From positions 53,196,001 to 53,260,000 of the forward strand of contig NC_091995.1 in NCBI RefSeq assembly GCF_044704955.1: DNA of 64,000 bases. Reading direction: 5' to 3'. The stretch comes from Pristiophorus japonicus. Taxonomy: Eukaryota. Below the pieces are notes generated by a model. That model had not been told where the DNA came from. It saw only the letters and a program-made list of their open reading frames with translations, and made no database searches. A program made the translations under genes and the position numbers. How positions within the stretch are numbered: position 1 is the stretch's first letter; the number at the start of each line of letters is the position of its first letter. Below are positions 59,650 through 64,000 of the stretch, in pieces.

Positions 59650-60480
59650 TTTGAGAAGGAGAAAAATCAAACACAAGCCAAGGTTTGAAACTTAAGTAAG
59701 GCTGAGTTTGAAGGAATGAGACTTAAGCTGAACACATTAAACTGGGCTGAGCTATTAATAGATGAACCTATAGAAAAAACAGTGGAAGTATTCAAAGATA
59801 CAAGGCCAACACGTACACTAAAGAGCAAAGTTCCACTCGTACAATCAAGCAACTATGGTCAACATGTGAGGTAAGACGCAGTATAAAACTAAAGGCTTAC
59901 ACAAATGCCAAGAAATAAGGTATTGCAGAAGACAGAGAAACATAGAAAGTAACAAAGGAGCACAAAGCTTATATTATTCCCTTTCCAAAGGGAAATAGAT
60001 AAATATTGGAATGGAAAGAATTCACAGGGCCATGGAAAAAGAGCAAGGGAAGTGGGACCAATTGGATTGCTATGTCAGAGAGTGGCACAGGCACGATGGG
60101 CCGAATGGCCTCTCTGTGCTGCATCATTCTGTGGTTCTTAAGAGTTGCAATAAGGGAATACGAAAAACTGTGTAAATAATCTAAAGGCTAATCGGAAAAG
60201 TTTATAGGAATATATTAAGATATTACAGAGGATTACACAGGATATACGTCACAGGCACAGGCCATTCGGCCCAACCAGTCCATGCCGGTGTTTAAGCTCC
60301 ACTTGACCCTTCTCCTGTCTTTCCTCATCTAAATCTATCTGCACAACCCGCCATTCCCTTCTCCCTCAAATGTTTGTTTAGCCTCCCCTTAAATGGATCG
60401 ATACTATTTTCTTCAACCACTCCCCGTGGTAGAGTTCCACACTCTCACCACACTGGGTAAAGAGGTTTCTTCTCAATTCC
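59650..60480. mobile_element. Cluster of old CR1 remnants (ORF2 fragment +, 3' tail + at ~59980-60140, 3' end - at ~60230-60480)
   Basis: NLSKAEFEGMRLKLNTLNW; GGGCCGAATGGCCT hairpins in both orientations. Confidence 0.6.
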
Positions 60481-60514
60481 ACTGCGGTTCATTATGTTAA
60501 ACTGTATATTAAGG

Positions 60515-60855
60515 ATACGGTAGCATAGTGGTTATGTTACTAGACTAGTAATCCAAGGTCTGGACTAATAATCCGGAGCCATGAGTTAAAATCCCACCAC
60601 GGCAGCTGGGGAAAATAAATCTGGAACAGAAAGCTCCGTGTCAGTAGTGGTGACCATGAAACTACCGGACTGCCCTAAAAACCCAATCTGGCTCATTACT
60701 GTCCTTTAGGGAAGGAAATCGGTGCCTTACCCGGTCTGGCCTACAGCAATGTGGCTGACTCTTAGCTGCTCGCTGCGATTCAAGAAGGCGGCTCACCACC
60801 ACCTTACGGGCAATAAGGGATGGGCAATAAATAATTGGCCACGAATAACAAAAGA
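60515..60855 (+). mobile_element. tRNA-like SINE family 2
   Basis: TAGTGGTTATGTTACT..AAATCCCACC..GCAATGTGGCTGACTCTT..GGGCAATAAAT, homologous to 44035-44340. Confidence 0.7.
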
Positions 60856-61079
60856 ATAAGAAAGGGCCTCAGAGCGATGGGGGCCGTTAAAGGCAGGTGG
60901 AGGTAATCCTGTAATAGGCAACACGGCAGATTTAATAAGCAAGCAGTTTATATCCATTTTCACAGTGGATAAAACAGCAGCAAGAGACAGGAAACCAGAA
61001 ATAAACCATCTAGATTAGACTTAGAGTAGAAATCTGTTAAAGTCTCTCCATTATTTAGGAAGGTGCGAGAGAGAAACTA

Positions 61080-61930
61080 AAGAAAGACTTGCATTTATAT
61101 AACACCCTTCACAATCTCACGACGTCCCAAAACGTTTACAGCTAATGAAGTACTTTTGGAGTGTAGTCACTAATGTAATGTGGGAAACGTGGCAGCAAAT
61201 TTACGCACAGCAAGCTCCCACAACCAGCAATGTGATAATGACCAGATAAACTGTTTCAGTGATGTCACCTGAGGAATAATTATTGGTCCCAGGACACCGG
61301 GGATAACTGCGCTGTCTCATCCGGCACCTCCGACTGCACAACAATCCCTTAATACTGCCCCTCCGACAGTGCAGCACTCCCTCAGTACTGCCCCTCCGAC
61401 AGTGCAGCACTCCCTCAGTACTGTCCCTCCGATAGTGGAGCGCTCCCTCAGTACTGCCCCTCCGACAGTGCAGTGCTCCCTCAGTACTGCCCCTCCGACA
61501 GTGCAGCGCTCCCTCAGTAGTGCCCCTCCGACAGTGCAGCGCTCCCTCAGTAGTGTCCCTCCGACAGTGCAGCGCTTCCTCAGTACTGCCATTCCGACAG
61601 TGCAGCACTCCCTCCATACTGTCCCTCTGACAGTGCAGCGCTCCCTCCGTACTGTCCCTCCGACAGCGCAGCGCTCCCTCCGTACTGTCCCTCCGACAGT
61701 GCAGCGCTCCCTTAGTAGTGCCCCTCCCACAGTGCAGCGCTCCCTCCGTACTGCCCCTCCGACAGTGCAGCGGTCCCTCAGTATTATCCCTCCGACAGTG
61801 CAGCGCTCCCTCAGCACTGCACTGGAGTGTCAGCCTAGATTTTTGTGCTCCAATCTCTTGAGTAGGACTTGAACCCACAACCTTCTGACTCAGAGGTGAG
61901 AGTGCTAACCACTGAGCCACAGCTGACACT
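61080..61930 (-). mobile_element. Deu-type SINE with an internal 33-bp tandem expansion
   Basis: tRNA head at 61860-61930, tail at 61080. Confidence 0.85.
61354..61815 (+). repeat. 33-bp minisatellite ACTGCCCCTCCGACAGTGCAGCGCTCCCTCAGT x ~14
   Basis: Direct inspection; 11-aa periodic ORFs on both strands. Confidence 0.93.
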
Positions 61931-62212
61931 GATATTAAAATTGTGATTTTCAAGACTTGAGATGGGTAGATTTTTCCGAGGTACGGCTATCAAGGGATAT
62001 GGAGCAAAGGAGGGTAAATGACCCCCTCCTGTTCCTACGTTCCGATCAGTGTGCTAAGAGGCCCTCTGGTCTCTGTATGGTGTCAAAATTGTTCGCTACT
62101 CCAGGATCATTTTGGAACGGCAAGATAACGTTTGGCTTCTCTTCTCCACCATCTTAAACCTCTGTCCCCTGTCTCCAGCCTCACCTCCAACAACACCAAA
62201 GTCTTCTTCTTC

Positions 62213-63290
62213 TTAGGCAGTCCCTCGGAGTCGAGGATGACTTGCTTCTACACTAACATGAGTTCTAAGGTGACTGAAGTGTCCAATGCGGGATCTACAG
62301 TCTTTCACAGGTGGGGCAAACGGTGGTTGGAGGGACGGGTGGGTGGGATACTTGGACTGTCGTCTGCTCCTTCCGCTGTTTGTGCTTGGCGTCTGCGTGC
62401 TCCCGGCGATGAGACTCGAAGTGTTCGGCGCCTTCTCAAATGCTCCTCCTCCACTTTGGGCAGTCTTGGGCCAGGGATGTTGCATTATTTCAAGGAGGCT
62501 TTGAGGGTGTCCTTGAAGCGTTTTCTCTGCCCTCCGGGGGCTCGCCTGCCGTGACATCGCTCGTAGTGGAGTGCCTGTTTCGGGAGTCTCGTATCAGGCA
62601 TGCGGACAATGTGACCCGCCCATCGGAGCTGGCTGAGTGTGGTCAGTGCTTCGACGCTGGGGATGTTGGCCTGAGAGAGAACGCTGATGTTGGTGCACCT
62701 ATCCTGCCAATGGGTTTGTAGGATCTTGCGGAGGCAGCGTTGGTGGTACTTCTCCAGTGCTTTCAGGTGCCTGCTGTACATAGTCCATGTCTCTGACGCA
62801 TATAGGAGGGCGAGTATCACTACTGCTCTGTAGACCATGAGCTTGGTGCTGGGTTTGAGGTCCTGGTCTTCGAACACTCTCTTCCTCAGGTGACCAAAGG
62901 CTGCACTGGCACACTGAAGGCGGTGCTGAAATCGATATCTGCCCTTGCTGACAGTAGGCGCCCGAGGTATGGGAAATGGTCCACATTGCCAAGGTCTCGT
63001 CATGGATCTTGATAATTGGGAGGTAGTGCTGTGTGGCAGGGGTAGGTTGGTAAAGGACCTTTGTCTTACTGATGTTTAATGTAAGACCCAGACTCTTGTA
63101 CGCTTTAGTGAAGGTGTCAGCGATGGTTTGGAGTTCGGACTCCGAGTGTGCACAAACGCAAACATCTGCATATTGTAAATTAATGACAGCGATTGGAGCA
63201 ACCTTGGATCTGGACTGGAGGCGTCGGAGGTTGAACAATTTACCGCTTGTCCTGTAGATTGACTCCACTCCAGCGGGGAGCTTGTTAAAG
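62213..63290 (-). mobile_element. RTE LINE fragment including RT core
   Basis: GKLFNLRRL..LQYAD..GLTLNISKTKVL; AFGHLRKRVF..LLYASETWT..LRWAGH. Confidence 0.9.
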
Positions 63291-64000
63291 GTGTCCAACA
63301 ACAAGTGAGAGGAGCTCATGGACCTTTTTGTCACTAAGATTGAGACTATCCGATCAGCTGCTTTTGCTGTTTCTTCCCTTCCTTCTCCTCGCCTACCTGG
63401 CCAAACTTCCTGTAAGGTTCCCCCCTCCCCCGCCCGCCCAGCCCTGAACTTGCATCTTTCTCCAATTTCTCTCCTACCTTCCCTCATGACCTTTCCGAGC
63501 TCATCCTGTCCATGAGATCCACTTCCTGCTCCCTTGACCCTATACCCACTAATCTGCTGACCACCCAACGTCCTTTTCTGGCTCTCATGTTAGCCGACAT
63601 TGTTAACGGTCCTCTCTCCTCAGGTACTGTCCCCTCCCTTCAAATCTGCCGTCATCAACCCTCTCCTCAAAACAAAATACACTTGATCCCACTGTGCTTG
63701 CAAACCACCCCATCTCCAACCTCCCTTTCCTCGCCAATGTCCTTGGACGTGTTGTCGCCTCCCAAATCCGTGCCCGTCTTTCCCGGAACTCCATGTTTGA
63801 ATCCCTTCAATCTGGTTTCTGCCCCTGCCACAGTCCCGAAACAGCTCTCATCAAAGTCACAACTGACATCCTGTGTGACCATGGTAAACTATCCCTCCTC
63901 GTCCTTCTGGACCTGTCTGCAGCCTTTGACATAGTTGGCCACTTCATCCTCCTCCAACGCCTCTCCACCGTCGTCCAGCTGGGTGGGACTGCACTCGCCT
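63291..64000 (+). mobile_element. L2 ORF2 fragment (start of RT), runs off the window
   Basis: SCSLDPIPTNLL..IVNGPLSSGTVP; QSGF..ETALIKV..LLDLSAAFD. Confidence 0.85.

Noticed and set aside
61201-61953. 33-bp periodic array as CRISPR or as an 11-aa repeat protein
   Set aside because: No unique spacers, no cas genes, eukaryotic context; the unit derives from the SINE body.

Overview
Vertebrate nuclear DNA, very probably a cartilaginous fish (shark-type CR1 LINEs with (ATGTTTCT)n or (ATGTTCTT)n tails, Deu-domain SINEs, RTE and L2 LINEs); the species cannot be fixed from the sequence alone. Most of the window is transposable elements, often deeply nested. These include two Ty3/Gypsy LTR elements, two PIF/Harbinger elements (Myb/SANT-like gene facing a transposase), several Harbinger-like MITEs, about a dozen CR1 pieces (one full length with an esterase ORF1), L2, RTE, two SINE families, four minisatellites and a ~2 kb N-run. 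The only intact host gene is a GC-rich 14-finger C2H2 zinc-finger gene on the minus strand (19361-20563), with two candidate upstream exons in unique islands at ~31.8 kb and ~34.1 kb. I cannot demonstrate a wholly new biological system. The best leads are the ZNF splice/uORF switch, a 27-bp minisatellite made of CTCF-like motifs inside a Harbinger, CTCF-like motifs in both LTR families, an RT-less gag-PR Gypsy element, a hammerhead-ribozyme relic, and a recurrent RTE insertion site in one MITE family. All coordinates were read by eye; TE edges are approximate unless a junction is quoted.
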